Below, piece after piece: positions 34,755-45,411 of a DNA stretch of 64,000 nucleotides (positions are counted from its first letter, which is position 1; every line of letters begins with the position of its first letter). The position numbers and the translations under genes were made by a program. Location of the stretch: NCBI GenBank assembly GCA_965250035.1, contig OZ252282.1, positions 2,998,536 to 3,062,535 on the forward strand, given 5' to 3'. Under the pieces are notes generated by a model. That model was not told the origin of the DNA. It searched no databases and saw only the letters and a list, made by a program, of their open reading frames with translations. This DNA comes from Enterobacterales bacterium. Its GTDB lineage: Bacteria; Pseudomonadota; Gammaproteobacteria; Enterobacterales; GCA-2746155.

Positions 34755-35620
34755 TACTCTATATTTTGAATTTGCTCACGCATCTGTTCGATCAGCACTT
34801 TCATCTCGACCGAAGCCGCCGTGGTGATCTTACTGATGGATTTTGAGCCAATGGTATTGGCCTCGCGGTTTAGCTCCTGCATCAGGAAATCCAGGCGTCG
34901 TCCGACCGAGCCACCCTTGTTGAGGATCCGCGCGATTTCGGCTAAGTGAGTTTCGAGACGGTCAATCTCCTCTGCGATATCGGATTTCTGAGCCATGATC
35001 ACGAACTCCTGCTCGAGTCGTTCGGAGTCCGTTTCGAGGTTCAGATCGGCCAGGCGATCTTCAACCTTCTGTCGTTGTGCCGCCTGGATCTCTCCAATCG
35101 CTGGCTTGATGATATCCAACTGTTGTTGAATACCCGTGACCCGCTCGAGAATGATGTCCTTCATCGCCTGACCCTCGCGTTGGCGGGCCTTGATTAAGTC
35201 CTCAAGCGTTGCCTTAAAGAGTTCCAGGATAAGGTTATCTCGGGACTTCTCATCGGTTTCGGGTTCTTCCAATACGCCGGGCCACTGCATGATTTGGAGA
35301 CTCGACAGGTGGTCATGATTGTTGGCCAAATCGGCCACCTGCTGATGGGTTTGCAATAATGATTCAACCAGTGACTGATTCACCGACCAGCTTTGTGCCT
35401 GACTGGGATCAGAGGTGATGCGCAGATTGATATCGCACTTGCCCCGATTCAGGGTGTTACGAATAATCTCACGTAAAGGCATCTCCAGGTGACGAACAAT
35501 TTCAGGCAGTCGAAAATTCAAATCCAGGAATCGCTGGTTCACTGAACGCACTTCCCATTGCAGGGTGCCAAATTCAGTATGTTCCTGGCGCCTGGCAAAG
35601 GCAGTCATACTTGCAATCAT
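34754..35620 (-). CDS. yicC: YicC family stress-induced protein
   Basis: 288 aa. The N-terminus is SMTAFARRQ and the C-terminus is REANTIGSKS. Confidence 0.9.
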   Translation of the reverse strand: MIASMTAFARRQEHTEFGTLQWEVRSVNQRFLDLNFRLPEIVRHLEMPLREIIRNTLNRGKCDINLRITSDPSQAQSWSVNQSLVESLLQTHQQVADLANNHDHLSSLQIMQWPGVLEEPETDEKSRDNLILELFKATLEDLIKARQREGQAMKDIILERVTGIQQQLDIIKPAIGEIQAAQRQKVEDRLADLNLETDSERLEQEFVIMAQKSDIAEEIDRLETHLAEIARILNKGGSVGRRLDFLMQELNREANTIGSKSISKITTAASVEMKVLIEQMREQIQNIE

Positions 35621-35761
35621 AGGTTGTATCTTTGTTGTTTAACGAGGGCGTTATCATACCGCATTGCGATATATGAGGCAGATTTTTTTAAAAAGCGATC
35701 ATTAATGATGTCATGAGATAGGGTATAATTGACGCATTGAATTATATCCCCCGGAGCCCCT

Positions 35762-36481
35762 ATGCGAAATGATGAACGCGCCGCCGATCAATTGCGGCCA
35801 ATAACGATTGAACGGAAATATACTTGCCATGCCGAAGGCTCGGTATTGATTGGATTCGGTAATACCAAAGTCCTGTGTAATGCGAGTGTGATCGAAGGAG
35901 TTCCGCGCTTTTTGAAAGGCAAGAATCAAGGTTGGGTGACGGCAGAATATGGCATGTTACCGCGCTCGACACATGACCGCATGAACCGTGAAGCTTCGCG
36001 TGGCAAGCAGGGCGGCAGGACACTGGAAATCCAACGGCTCATTGGTCGCTCATTGCGTGCGGCTGTGGACATGCGACTACTCGGCGATTACACCATTCAG
36101 GTTGATTGTGATGTGATACAGGCCGACGGCGGTACCCGGACAACATCCATTTCCGGCGCCTGTATCGCAATGGTCGATGCATTTCACTGGATGCTGGGTA
36201 AGGGTCTCATCAGTCATAATCCACTGAAACAGATGGTCGCAGCCATCTCAGTGGGTATCGTCAAGGGCGAGGTATTGCTGGATCTCAACTATGAGGAAGA
36301 TTCTAGTTGTGACACCGACATGAACTTCGTGATGACTGAGTCTGGCGGCCTGATAGAGGTCCAGGGTACGGCTGAGGACGGTAGTTTCTCGCCGGATGAG
36401 CTGAACAAGATGTTGTCCTATGCCCAGGCGGGTATCAACGACATCATCAAGCTGCAACACCAGCATATCGACGGAGACTAG
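35762..36481 (+). CDS. rph: Ribonuclease PH
   Basis: 239 aa. [29 protein letters not shown]. Confidence 0.95.
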   Translation: MRNDERAADQLRPITIERKYTCHAEGSVLIGFGNTKVLCNASVIEGVPRFLKGKNQGWVTAEYGMLPRSTHDRMNREASRGKQGGRTLEIQRLIGRSLRAAVDMRLLGDYTIQVDCDVIQADGGTRTTSISGACIAMVDAFHWMLGKGLISHNPLKQMVAAISVGIVKGEVLLDLNYEEDSSCDTDMNFVMTESGGLIEVQGTAEDGSFSPDELNKMLSYAQAGINDIIKLQHQHIDGD

Positions 36482-36483
36482 TC

Positions 36484-37125
36484 ATGCAGCCATATCAACA
36501 GGATTTTCTGCAATTTGCGATTGCGAAAGAAGTACTCAAGTTTGGTGAATTTACTCTCAAGTCGGGCCGTATAAGCCCCTACTTCTTCAATGCCGGTAAC
36601 TTTCAAACGGGTGCCGATCTGGCCAAACTGGCGGCGGCCTATGCCAATGCGATTGTTGAGGCGGGTATTGAATTTGATGTGTTATTTGGCCCGGCCTACA
36701 AGGGGATTCCTCTGGCGGCCGCAACCGCAGTAGCCCTGTACGAACAGCACCAGATTGATATTCCCTGGTGTTTTAACCGCAAGGAAGCCAAGGATCATGG
36801 CGAGGGAGGCAGTATTGTAGGGGCTCCGTTGGCGGGAAAAATCCTCATCATTGATGATGTTATTACGGCGGGAACGGCGATACGGGAGTCTATGGAACTC
36901 ATCGAACAGGCATCGGCTAGCGCCGCCGGTGTGGTGATCGCGCTGGACCGCCAGGAGAAAGGAAAAGGGGAACGATCTGCGATTCAGGAGGTCGAACAGG
37001 ATTATGAGATACCGGTGAAAGCCATTATTCAACTTGAAAATATCACTGAGTATCTGGTACAACAAGGACAGGATGATGAAACGGTACAGAAAATCAATGC
37101 CTACAGGTCACAATACGGAATATAG
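36484..37125 (+). CDS. pyrE: Orotate phosphoribosyltransferase
   Basis: 213 aa with [14 protein letters not shown] and the PRPP motif [13 protein letters not shown]. Confidence 0.95.
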   Translation: MQPYQQDFLQFAIAKEVLKFGEFTLKSGRISPYFFNAGNFQTGADLAKLAAAYANAIVEAGIEFDVLFGPAYKGIPLAAATAVALYEQHQIDIPWCFNRKEAKDHGEGGSIVGAPLAGKILIIDDVITAGTAIRESMELIEQASASAAGVVIALDRQEKGKGERSAIQEVEQDYEIPVKAIIQLENITEYLVQQGQDDETVQKINAYRSQYGI

Positions 37126-38116
37126 CAAGCCCTCAAAGCTGTTATGGTTAGCAGCACTGGTTTTGTTGCAATTGAGTCTGTTCAGCGAGTTAACTGCCAA
37201 GACTCGGATGTATCGCTATGTCGATGAAAATGGCAAGACGGTGGTCAGTTCGACTCTGCCGCCCAAGTACTCTCAAGGTGGCTATGAGATCATTAATGAC
37301 AAGGGTATCGTCATAGAAACAGTCGCGCCTCGTAAGACGGAGGAGCAGTTACGCCAAGAGGCCGAAGAGGCCAAGCGATTGGAGGCCGAACGACAAGCTC
37401 GGCTAGAACAAGAGCGACTGGATACCATCCTGATTAACAGCTATACAGACATTTCAGATATCGAGCGCGCCCGCGATAATGAGCTCGAGTCCAAAGATCG
37501 AGATATTATGTTGTTAAAAAACAACATTCGCCGTTATACCCGATTGCTGGAGGATTCCCAGACCAGGGCGGCTCGTGATGAGCGACTGGGAAAAGCCATC
37601 AGCAAACCACTACAGAAGGAAATAGAGCAATTTAAGCGTCGCATTGCCAAGGAAGGAAACAATGTGGTGGATATCGAAGAAGAGAAGGCGATCATCAGTG
37701 ATCGATACAATAGCAGCATTATCCGCTTTAGCGAGTTGAAGGCGGCCGAGCGCTTGCGACTGTATAATGAAGATCGAGAAGGTACCAAGGAAAAACACAC
37801 CATCTTCGATTGCCTGGGTGAAACGGCCTGTGATCAAGCCTGGAATGCGTCACTACGATTTGCCAGTGAATACTCGACAACCGAGCTGGCCTGGGCAAAT
37901 GAATCAACCATTATGATGCGTAAACCACGCAATGATGATGATATCTCACTGGTACTGACACGGGTTAATAACACCAGAAGCCGATCCGCTAGTATCGTTT
38001 TAGAAGTGCGTTGTAATAAGACTCAGGGGGGCGAGGCATTCTGTGCATCACCCGCAGTCCGAAGTGTCAAAGATGCGTTTAACAGTTATCTGTCATCGGG
38101 TGTGAGCAACAGCTGA
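37097..38116 (+). CDS. DUF4124-like secreted protein with a coiled-coil region (start uncertain)
   Basis: A signal-like [20 protein letters not shown] is followed by [15 protein letters not shown]. The track start at 37034 lies deep inside pyrE. The ATGs at 37073, 37076 and 37097 are all possible starts. Confidence 0.55.
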   Translation: MPTGHNTEYSKPSKLLWLAALVLLQLSLFSELTAKTRMYRYVDENGKTVVSSTLPPKYSQGGYEIINDKGIVIETVAPRKTEEQLRQEAEEAKRLEAERQARLEQERLDTILINSYTDISDIERARDNELESKDRDIMLLKNNIRRYTRLLEDSQTRAARDERLGKAISKPLQKEIEQFKRRIAKEGNNVVDIEEEKAIISDRYNSSIIRFSELKAAERLRLYNEDREGTKEKHTIFDCLGETACDQAWNASLRFASEYSTTELAWANESTIMMRKPRNDDDISLVLTRVNNTRSRSASIVLEVRCNKTQGGEAFCASPAVRSVKDAFNSYLSSGVSNS

Positions 38117-38679
38117 TTCAATAACTGCCACTGGGTGTTCCAGTTTTCCAACGGCGAACGCTGGAACTCACTACGAACGTAAATCTGTATCCTGCCATCC
38201 AGTACATTCAATAATAGTTCTGCCACCTTATTGGCGTCGAGGGGCTGGTTATTCGCCGCAGCCCATTCGCGGGTGGATTGTTTTATCTGGGTTTCTAGAC
38301 GGTTGTAGAACTGGATGATGCGCTTGCGCAGGCGTTGTTGTTCGCCGGTCAGTGCCTCGCCGGTCAGAATGCGGCAGATCCCCGGATTCTTATCCGCGAA
38401 TGACAGCATCAGGCCGATTATTTGCCCGACACGGTCGTCATTGATATTGGTAGCGGATGTAATCCGATTAATGCGGGTGAATACGGTCTCTTCCACGAAT
38501 TCAATCAGGGCTTCATACATTTTCGCCTTACTGGGGAAGTGGCGATAGAGTGCGGCTTCTGAAACGCCGACTTCAGCGGCCAGATTGGCCGTGGTAATCC
38601 GCTCACCCTGATTGGATTCCAGCATATAAGCCAGGGACTCGAGAATTTGCTGCTTGCGCGAGGGCTTCTGTACTGACAT
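38086..38679 (-). CDS. slmA: Nucleoid occlusion factor SlmA (TetR family)
   Basis: 197 aa. RKQQILESLAYMLESNQGERITTANLAAEVGVSEAALYRHFPSKAKMYEALIEFVEE is collinear with E. coli SlmA. Confidence 0.85.
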   Translation of the reverse strand: MSVQKPSRKQQILESLAYMLESNQGERITTANLAAEVGVSEAALYRHFPSKAKMYEALIEFVEETVFTRINRITSATNINDDRVGQIIGLMLSFADKNPGICRILTGEALTGEQQRLRKRIIQFYNRLETQIKQSTREWAAANNQPLDANKVAELLLNVLDGRIQIYVRSEFQRSPLENWNTQWQLLNQLLLTPDDR

Positions 38680-38691
38680 TGATTAAATCCT

Positions 38692-41292
38692 CTAGAACGG
38701 CAATTCGAGATCCGGTTCGAAACGCAACATCTGCTGACGGAAGACCGCCTTAATGTTGGTCAGATCCTGCTCGGTTTCTGCTTCAAAACGTATTACCAGA
38801 CTAGGAGTGGTATTCGAGGCTCGAACAAGACCCCAGCCCGTTGAATAGTCCACACGAATACCATCGATATCAGTCACCCGTCCGCCGGCAAAATTGCCTT
38901 CCGTAATGAGGGTGTGCACGAATTCGAATTTCTGATCATCAGCCATGTCGAGGTTTAACTCAGGAGTTATTACAGAGTCCGGTAATTTACCGAACACATG
39001 GGCCGATTTTTCGACTTCATTGGATAAGATTTCCAGCATTCTTGCCCCGGAATAGAGTGCATCATCGAAGCCATACCAGCGTTCTTTGAAGAAGATGTGA
39101 CCACTTTGTTCACCCGCCAGTAGAGCGCCGGTCTCTTTCATTTTGGCTTTAATCAGGGAATGACCCGTGCGCCACATAATTGGACGGCCATTGTTACTCT
39201 TAATGGCACGTTGCAGATGTCTGGTACATTTCACATCGAAAATAATATCTGCACCCGGATGACGCGACAGCACATCCTTAGAGAACAGGATCATCTGCCG
39301 GTCGGGCCAGATGATCTTACCTGCTGAGTCGACAACGCCAAGGCGGTCACCGTCGCCATCGAAGGCTAAACCGATATCAGCCTCCTCGCTGAGTACTGCC
39401 TCACGCAGATCCTCAAGGTTCTCCGGCTTGCTGGGATCGGGATGATGATTCGGGAAGTCTCCATCGACATCACAGTACAGACCAATCACCTCGCAGCCAA
39501 GCGCTTGAAACAGAATGGGGGCAACCGAACCCGCGACGCCATTTCCGGCATCGATCACGATCTTCAGGGGTTGGGCCAGCGCCACATCGCCGGTGATGTT
39601 ATTAATATAATCCGCCATGATATCCTGATGCGTCTCTTCACCCGTACCACTGAGCAGATCACGACGTTTAATTCGATTGTAGAGTGCGGTTATGCCATCA
39701 CCATGCAGCGAGTCTCCCGCGATCACGATCTTTAGACCATTGTATTCTGGCGGGTTATGGCTACCTGTCACCATGACCCCAGTCTGAGACTGCAGGTAAT
39801 GGGTCGCAAAATATAGCAGTGGCGTGGGTACTACCCCAATATCGATGACATTTCTGCCCGAGGCCATAATGCCTTCTTTGAGGGCCTCAACCAAGCGGGT
39901 GCCTGACGACCTGCCATCGCGGGCGACAATGACTGACTGCTCGCCTTGATCGAAGGCTTCAGAACCAATCGCCTGGCCGATCCAGCGTACGCCGTCTTCG
40001 GTCAGCGTATCGTCTACGATACCGCGAATATCATAGGCTCGGAAAATCGAAGGCGATACGATATCTTCGTGCTCATGTGCTGACATGCTGTCATCCTGAG
40101 CCAGTTTTTCAGCGGCCTTAGCCTTCGCATCGTCCGAGGTCTCGACGGTTGATGACATGTCTGGTGGCATACCAATTTCACCACTGATCATATCCTGTGG
40201 CATATCGGTCGTGATGCGCTTGTCTTTCTCCTGGGCATCCTGATGTTTCTCGAGACGGACGTTGGCGGTACGTTGCAGTGTATAGGCCATGTCATAGAAA
40301 ATCATTAGAGAGAATGCCTTGGCGGGAACTTCAATCTCACCTTCGGGGTTATCCAGAATCAGTGCCATCAATGCTGAAGCATCTTTGGTCAGGGTCGTAT
40401 TCAATCGGCGGTAGCCGTAGAAGCCGAGAACCGAGACGATAGCAAAAATCATTAATAGTCCGAGCATGAAGATGAACTGCTCTTCACCGGCATCGAAATC
40501 TTCTTCGGGAGAGGGCCAGTAAGCCATCTGCCAGAGCGACTGTTCCAGGCTGGCTATGATGATCGGCTCGCCGACTTTCAGTGCCTGGTCTCCATAGGTA
40601 CCGAGGGTATGGATGGTACCTGAATATTCCTGGCGAAACTCGATGTAGCCTGGAATGGAGCGGATGATGCTCAGTCCGTCATTGATTAACTCGACATCAA
40701 TACCCGCCAGAACATAACCAAGTAATACGCCGTCACTGTCATAGACATTTTCTACCAGGGCGATGTATTCATCGGCCTGCCCGACGCGCACAACCTCCGG
40801 GGGTTGCTTCTTGCCGCGTCCGGAATTACGCAATAATTCCAGGGTAACGTTAGAGATGGGAGGGATCGAACTCATGTCGACATCCAGGGTCCCCACCGGC
40901 ACCAGACGGACACCGATCGCCTTTGGTAAGACGTTGGTCAGAGTCGCTTCGAGTTCCGTGGTATTAGCCTGGGTGGCAATTTCAAAACTCCGAATGACAT
41001 CCGGTGAGCGGGCAATCACTTCCATCCGCTTGCTGACTGCAATGATGCTTGATTCTGCCAGTTCGGCGTAGTTGGAGAAGACCAGATCCAGGTAGCGTTG
41101 ACTACGCTCAATCTCGGGTTGGACGATAGCAAAGTAATACAGGGCGCTGGCGATCAGACCGGTGCTAACAACGATGAACAAATATATCTTACTACTGATA
41201 CTTGCCAGTGTTACCCCGGCACGATGGAGGCGTTGATTACTTTTGGGACTTTGTTCGGCCGTTTCCGGCGCTTTTACCTTCTTTCTCTTCAC
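38692..41292 (-). CDS. algC: Phosphomannomutase/phosphoglucomutase with a ~400 aa N-terminal membrane-associated extension
   Basis: 866 aa. The C-terminal 464 aa run from the internal Met at 40086 (MSAHEHEDIVSPSIFRAYDIRG). They carry TGSHNPPEYNG with the catalytic Ser, and DGDGDR. The N-terminal part has at least 2 TM helices. Confidence 0.9.
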   Translation of the reverse strand: MKRKKVKAPETAEQSPKSNQRLHRAGVTLASISSKIYLFIVVSTGLIASALYYFAIVQPEIERSQRYLDLVFSNYAELAESSIIAVSKRMEVIARSPDVIRSFEIATQANTTELEATLTNVLPKAIGVRLVPVGTLDVDMSSIPPISNVTLELLRNSGRGKKQPPEVVRVGQADEYIALVENVYDSDGVLLGYVLAGIDVELINDGLSIIRSIPGYIEFRQEYSGTIHTLGTYGDQALKVGEPIIIASLEQSLWQMAYWPSPEEDFDAGEEQFIFMLGLLMIFAIVSVLGFYGYRRLNTTLTKDASALMALILDNPEGEIEVPAKAFSLMIFYDMAYTLQRTANVRLEKHQDAQEKDKRITTDMPQDMISGEIGMPPDMSSTVETSDDAKAKAAEKLAQDDSMSAHEHEDIVSPSIFRAYDIRGIVDDTLTEDGVRWIGQAIGSEAFDQGEQSVIVARDGRSSGTRLVEALKEGIMASGRNVIDIGVVPTPLLYFATHYLQSQTGVMVTGSHNPPEYNGLKIVIAGDSLHGDGITALYNRIKRRDLLSGTGEETHQDIMADYINNITGDVALAQPLKIVIDAGNGVAGSVAPILFQALGCEVIGLYCDVDGDFPNHHPDPSKPENLEDLREAVLSEEADIGLAFDGDGDRLGVVDSAGKIIWPDRQMILFSKDVLSRHPGADIIFDVKCTRHLQRAIKSNNGRPIMWRTGHSLIKAKMKETGALLAGEQSGHIFFKERWYGFDDALYSGARMLEILSNEVEKSAHVFGKLPDSVITPELNLDMADDQKFEFVHTLITEGNFAGGRVTDIDGIRVDYSTGWGLVRASNTTPSLVIRFEAETEQDLTNIKAVFRQQMLRFEPDLELPF

Positions 41293-41328
41293 GTTGGATT
41301 ACCTTCCTAATTATCCAATCCGGTTAGA

Positions 41329-42525
41329 TTATGATAAATCCTTTAATTGTTGTTCGATGAGCTGAAGTAATTCGGTTGCGACATTCAGCTTTGATGACTT
41401 CGCAATACGATGACTGGTATCACTGTCTGCGAGCATCACAACGAGCTCGTTGTGATCACTGTTGAAGCCGATTTCATGATTTGAGACGTCATTAATACAA
41501 ATCATATCCAGATTCTTTTTCTCGAGTTTATCTCTGCCGTACTGCTCTGCCTGTTCGGTTTCCGCAGCGAAACCAACGCAGTATGGTCGTGCCTGGTGTT
41601 GCGCAACGGCACTTATTATATCTGGATTTTTTACCATAGTAAGTACTAACTGATCATCATTTTTCTTTAATTTTTGTGACGCAGGTTCAGATATTCTGTA
41701 GTCTGCCACTGCCGCACAGCCGATGAAAATGTCAGCGCTTGAGATGTTCTCCAGCACTTTCTCCTGCATTTCAGTGGCTGAGGTCACATCGATCCGTTCG
41801 ACCCCGGCGGGTGTCGGCAGGTTGACTGGGCCACTGACGAGCTTCACTTGAGCCCCACTTCGCGCGGCGACTGTGGCAATGGCGAAGCCCATTTTTCCGG
41901 AGCTGTGATTAGAGACATAACGCACGGGATCAATCGCTTCCCGGGTCGGTCCAGCCGTGATTAAGAGCGTTTTTCCCGCCATATCGAGCGACGATTGTCT
42001 GGCTAAATCGCTCAGAAACTGTGCGATGGCGTCTGGTTCTTCCATTCGTCCCAATCCGACATCGCCGCAGGCCTGTTCGCCACTGGCAGGGCCGATGAGG
42101 TTTATCCCACGTGTCTGCAGGATGTCGATATTCGCGCGGGTGGCCGCATTGGCCCACATTTGCTGATTCATAGCCGGTGCGATAAAGACTGGCGACGCGC
42201 TGGCAAGCACGACGGTGGTTAGCAGATCGGTTGCTAATCCATGGGCAATTTGTGCAATACAGTTGGCACTCGCCGGAGCGATGAGGATGTAGTCAGCCCA
42301 TTTGGCGAGCTCTATGTGCCCCATGGCAGCTTCGGCCTCGGGATCCATCATCTGGCTATGGACGCGATGACCGGATACCGCTTGCAGACTCATTTCGCCG
42401 ATAAAGCTATGGGCTGCGTCGGTCATAACAACACGGACATCGGCTCCCTGCTCACGCAGGCGTCTGATGAGATCCGGGCTTTTGTATGCGGCAATACCGC
42501 CACTAATTCCTAAAAGAATATTCAT
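41329..42525 (-). CDS. coaBC: Bifunctional phosphopantothenoylcysteine decarboxylase / phosphopantothenate-cysteine ligase
   Basis: 398 aa. ILLGISGGIAAYK and TAGPTREAIDPVRYVSNHSSGKMG. Confidence 0.95.
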   Translation of the reverse strand: MNILLGISGGIAAYKSPDLIRRLREQGADVRVVMTDAAHSFIGEMSLQAVSGHRVHSQMMDPEAEAAMGHIELAKWADYILIAPASANCIAQIAHGLATDLLTTVVLASASPVFIAPAMNQQMWANAATRANIDILQTRGINLIGPASGEQACGDVGLGRMEEPDAIAQFLSDLARQSSLDMAGKTLLITAGPTREAIDPVRYVSNHSSGKMGFAIATVAARSGAQVKLVSGPVNLPTPAGVERIDVTSATEMQEKVLENISSADIFIGCAAVADYRISEPASQKLKKNDDQLVLTMVKNPDIISAVAQHQARPYCVGFAAETEQAEQYGRDKLEKKNLDMICINDVSNHEIGFNSDHNELVVMLADSDTSHRIAKSSKLNVATELLQLIEQQLKDLS

Positions 42526-42623
42526 TGGCTATACAACGAGTATCAGTGATTGCTGATAGTAAATTTGCTCTGACAATCTATTATTTTGGCTATGACAGAG
42601 ACAGTATACCCAACCGCAACCCG

Positions 42624-43298
42624 ATGACAATTAAAAATCTCCCTCAGGCAGAGCGTCCACGCAGGAAATTGTTACAGCTTGGCGTCACCAGCCTGAGTAA
42701 CGCTGAACTACTGGCCATTTTGATTGGTTCCGGCCGACAGGGTTGCTCTGCGCTGGATATTGGTCATCAACTAATCAAGGACTGGCCTAGTCTGAATGAA
42801 CTCGTCAATGCCGATCTCAATCAATTGCGCACATGTCATGGCGTGAGTCAGGTATTTTACTGTCGCCTGCAGGCTAGTATGGAATTAGCCAGTCGCTGTT
42901 TACAGGAAACGCTTCAGCGTGAAACGACCATTGAAAATCCCGCGACGACACGGCGTTTTCTAATCAGTCGTCTCAGACATCTGAACCATGAGGTATTCGC
43001 CGTACTGTTTCTGGATAATGCACATCGTCTGATTCAGTATGAAGTCTTGTTCGAAGGCACCATCAATGGCGCCAGTGTCTATCCGCGTCGCGTGTTAGAG
43101 CGGGCGATGAAATGGAATGCCGCTGCCGTGATTCTGGCACATAACCATCCATCAGGTATTGCCGAGCCTAGTCAGGCCGATGAGCAGATAACGCAAACGC
43201 TGGTAAAGACATTATCTTTTGTTGATGTACGTGTTCTTGATCATATTATTATCGGTGCCAACAACGCCATCTCATTAGCCGAACGCGGCCTCCTATGA
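42624..43298 (+). CDS. radC: RadC-family JAB-domain protein
   Basis: Starting at 42624 gives MTIKNLPQAERPRRKL. The protein contains SNAELLAILIGSG and the JAMM motif HNHPSG. The track start at 42525 adds a non-conserved leader. Confidence 0.9.
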   Translation: MTIKNLPQAERPRRKLLQLGVTSLSNAELLAILIGSGRQGCSALDIGHQLIKDWPSLNELVNADLNQLRTCHGVSQVFYCRLQASMELASRCLQETLQRETTIENPATTRRFLISRLRHLNHEVFAVLFLDNAHRLIQYEVLFEGTINGASVYPRRVLERAMKWNAAAVILAHNHPSGIAEPSQADEQITQTLVKTLSFVDVRVLDHIIIGANNAISLAERGLL

Positions 43299-43470
43299 CC
43301 CTATTTTATTGTTGCACTCATTCGAAATAGTTTTACTATTCCTTCAATCGTGCGCCTCAAACTAGGCCCATATAAGACGCGTTTATACAAGCGAAGGGCA
43401 TGAATACTATTGTTAAGCACATATGCTAAATTTGTTAAAAAGCAAGAACTGGAGTGCTATTAGAGATGCG

Positions 43471-44385
43471 TTAAGGAATGCTTTTAAGCTCAGGCCTGAA
43501 AGGCAAGTCTTTCGGCTCTTTGATATCCCATACCATCCCGAGTCGATGGAGTAGAAGCAACACGTTCCATCCTAAGTCAACTTCACCTGGATAAATTCCT
43601 AATCTTGCAGATCCAGGATAAGCATGATGATTGTTGTGCCAGCTTTCTCCCATAGTCAATATGGCTGCGAATCGTACATTGTGCCCTTGGATACTTGCCC
43701 CTTGAATATGCCAGTGTCTTTTCCCGTGGTTATGTGCGAAGTAGCCAATTAGCCAATGCCCTAAAACAGATACGCATACTCTCATGCATATTCCCCAAAT
43801 CACCCATGTAATTCCTCCTGCAACAAAAAGCAAAATAGCCCAAGGGAGTTGCTGAAACATCCAAGTCTTTTCCATAAATTTATAAACCTTGTCACGAGCA
43901 ATCCTTTCTTCAATTTTAAATACCGGGGGGTTATTAAGCTCTATATCACAGAAAAGTTGCCAGTAGGCGTCTATCATCATAGGCTGCTGGTGGCCGAAGT
44001 AATCATGGCATTTGCTCTGACGTTGTGCCCAATCTCTCATGTCGTGAGTTTTTATCATTCCAAATGGGCCTGCCAATCCTACGATTACCCCTAGATGAAC
44101 TAAGAAGTATTCAAGCCACAGTGGACATTGATAACTGTTATGAATTAGCTTTCGATGCATACCGAGGGAATGACCCAAGCACAAGGATATAGATGTTGAT
44201 ATGGCAAACACTAACAGTGCTTCAAGTGAAAAGGTCATAACTCCACCTATGGCGGATATAGATAACATGCTACCCAACCAAATCAATTTGCTTCTCGATA
44301 GTAGTACTTCTCCAACAAAGGCATTACAGTTGTCTGAATCAATAATACGATTGTTGCTGTAAGGTCCAGTTTCTTCTAGTTTCAT
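43471..44385 (-). CDS. Membrane fatty-acid (acyl-CoA/acyl-lipid) desaturase family protein
   Basis: 304 aa. The His boxes are HSLGMHRKLIH, HNHGKRHWH and WHNNHHAYP. The gene lies in low-GC sequence. Confidence 0.8.
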   Translation of the reverse strand: MKLEETGPYSNNRIIDSDNCNAFVGEVLLSRSKLIWLGSMLSISAIGGVMTFSLEALLVFAISTSISLCLGHSLGMHRKLIHNSYQCPLWLEYFLVHLGVIVGLAGPFGMIKTHDMRDWAQRQSKCHDYFGHQQPMMIDAYWQLFCDIELNNPPVFKIEERIARDKVYKFMEKTWMFQQLPWAILLFVAGGITWVIWGICMRVCVSVLGHWLIGYFAHNHGKRHWHIQGASIQGHNVRFAAILTMGESWHNNHHAYPGSARLGIYPGEVDLGWNVLLLLHRLGMVWDIKEPKDLPFRPELKSIP

Positions 44386-45332
44386 GCTTCACCACCTAAT
44401 TTTTCTGGCGTGATAACCTCATCCAACAAGAATTGAGCCGTCTTACCTACAGCATATTCTTGCAATGGACCAAAATACCAAACTGGATCCAAAAATCTTT
44501 GATAACTTATTTTCAAAGTTACTTTGGTTTCGCTATCACTTAGTGAATCAAAGAATATTTCTGTGCCATGAAGCTTCAGGTAGTTTGATATGTAACTGGT
44601 GTCTTCTAGAAAGCTCGTTCTAATGTAGTTATCCTCAACTTCACTGATTTCTAGTGCCATGCTTCCTTCATGTGTATTTGTGACGAACCATCGATGGTAG
44701 CGGAAATTGATATTGTGAACATCGCCAGGCTCTAATGATTCGGCTTCAATCTGATAAGGCATAGGGAAAATCGATAGAATCCAGTGTCTAGACTTATTCA
44801 ACTCAATGGGCTGTTTTAGTTTAAGTTTAATCTCATCAATCCTTGCGGGAATGACTTTATTAACTTCAACAACATATTCCCGTTCAAAACTCAGCTCTGG
44901 AGTAACTCCCTCAAAAGCACTTAGTAAAATCAGTGTGGGAAGTACTTGCACGTAAGTTTTTCCTTGATGCTTAGTGCCCCTATACCTTTTAATTGCTTCA
45001 ATAAGAAACATGAGCAGTAAGATACTGAAGTAAATCGGCATAAACATTACGACGCATACGAATCCTTCAAATAGTACTACTGAACTTCCGAGCATTATTA
45101 TCAAAGATAGTATGATCAAATTGAGGTATCGCCTTTTCCAATTTTTCTTCGTTTCAAGGGGCTCAATGAAAAGAAGGATAATAGCGACAAGGTATGGAAT
45201 CCCAACATACAATAATGCAGACCGGTCAAAGTCATATTCCGTTAATAATCTGATCAAAAGAGAAATAACTCCGATAGCTCCCAACACGAAAAGGTTTCTA
45301 TTTCTGATTTCCTTGAATTCTTGATTCGCCAT
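44382..45332 (-). CDS. Hypothetical protein with an N-terminal 4-TM domain and a C-terminal soluble domain (possibly SRPBCC-like)
   Basis: 316 aa. It is translationally coupled to the desaturase by an ATGA overlap. The SRPBCC call is only a guess from size and pattern. Confidence 0.5.
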   Translation of the reverse strand: MANQEFKEIRNRNLFVLGAIGVISLLIRLLTEYDFDRSALLYVGIPYLVAIILLFIEPLETKKNWKRRYLNLIILSLIIMLGSSVVLFEGFVCVVMFMPIYFSILLLMFLIEAIKRYRGTKHQGKTYVQVLPTLILLSAFEGVTPELSFEREYVVEVNKVIPARIDEIKLKLKQPIELNKSRHWILSIFPMPYQIEAESLEPGDVHNINFRYHRWFVTNTHEGSMALEISEVEDNYIRTSFLEDTSYISNYLKLHGTEIFFDSLSDSETKVTLKISYQRFLDPVWYFGPLQEYAVGKTAQFLLDEVITPEKLGGEA

Positions 45333-45411
45333 GGTGTTTTGTCCTTTGATGTCTTATCATCTACATTTGAAGAATTTAGTTAATTAACTATTTAGTTAAA
45401 TATATAAATCA

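Noticed and set aside
38086-38116. 31 nt convergent 3'-end overlap between the DUF4124-like gene and slmA
   Set aside because: The overlap is real in the sequence. Convergent terminal overlaps of this size are common, and I see no specific regulatory structure, so I do not report it as a finding.
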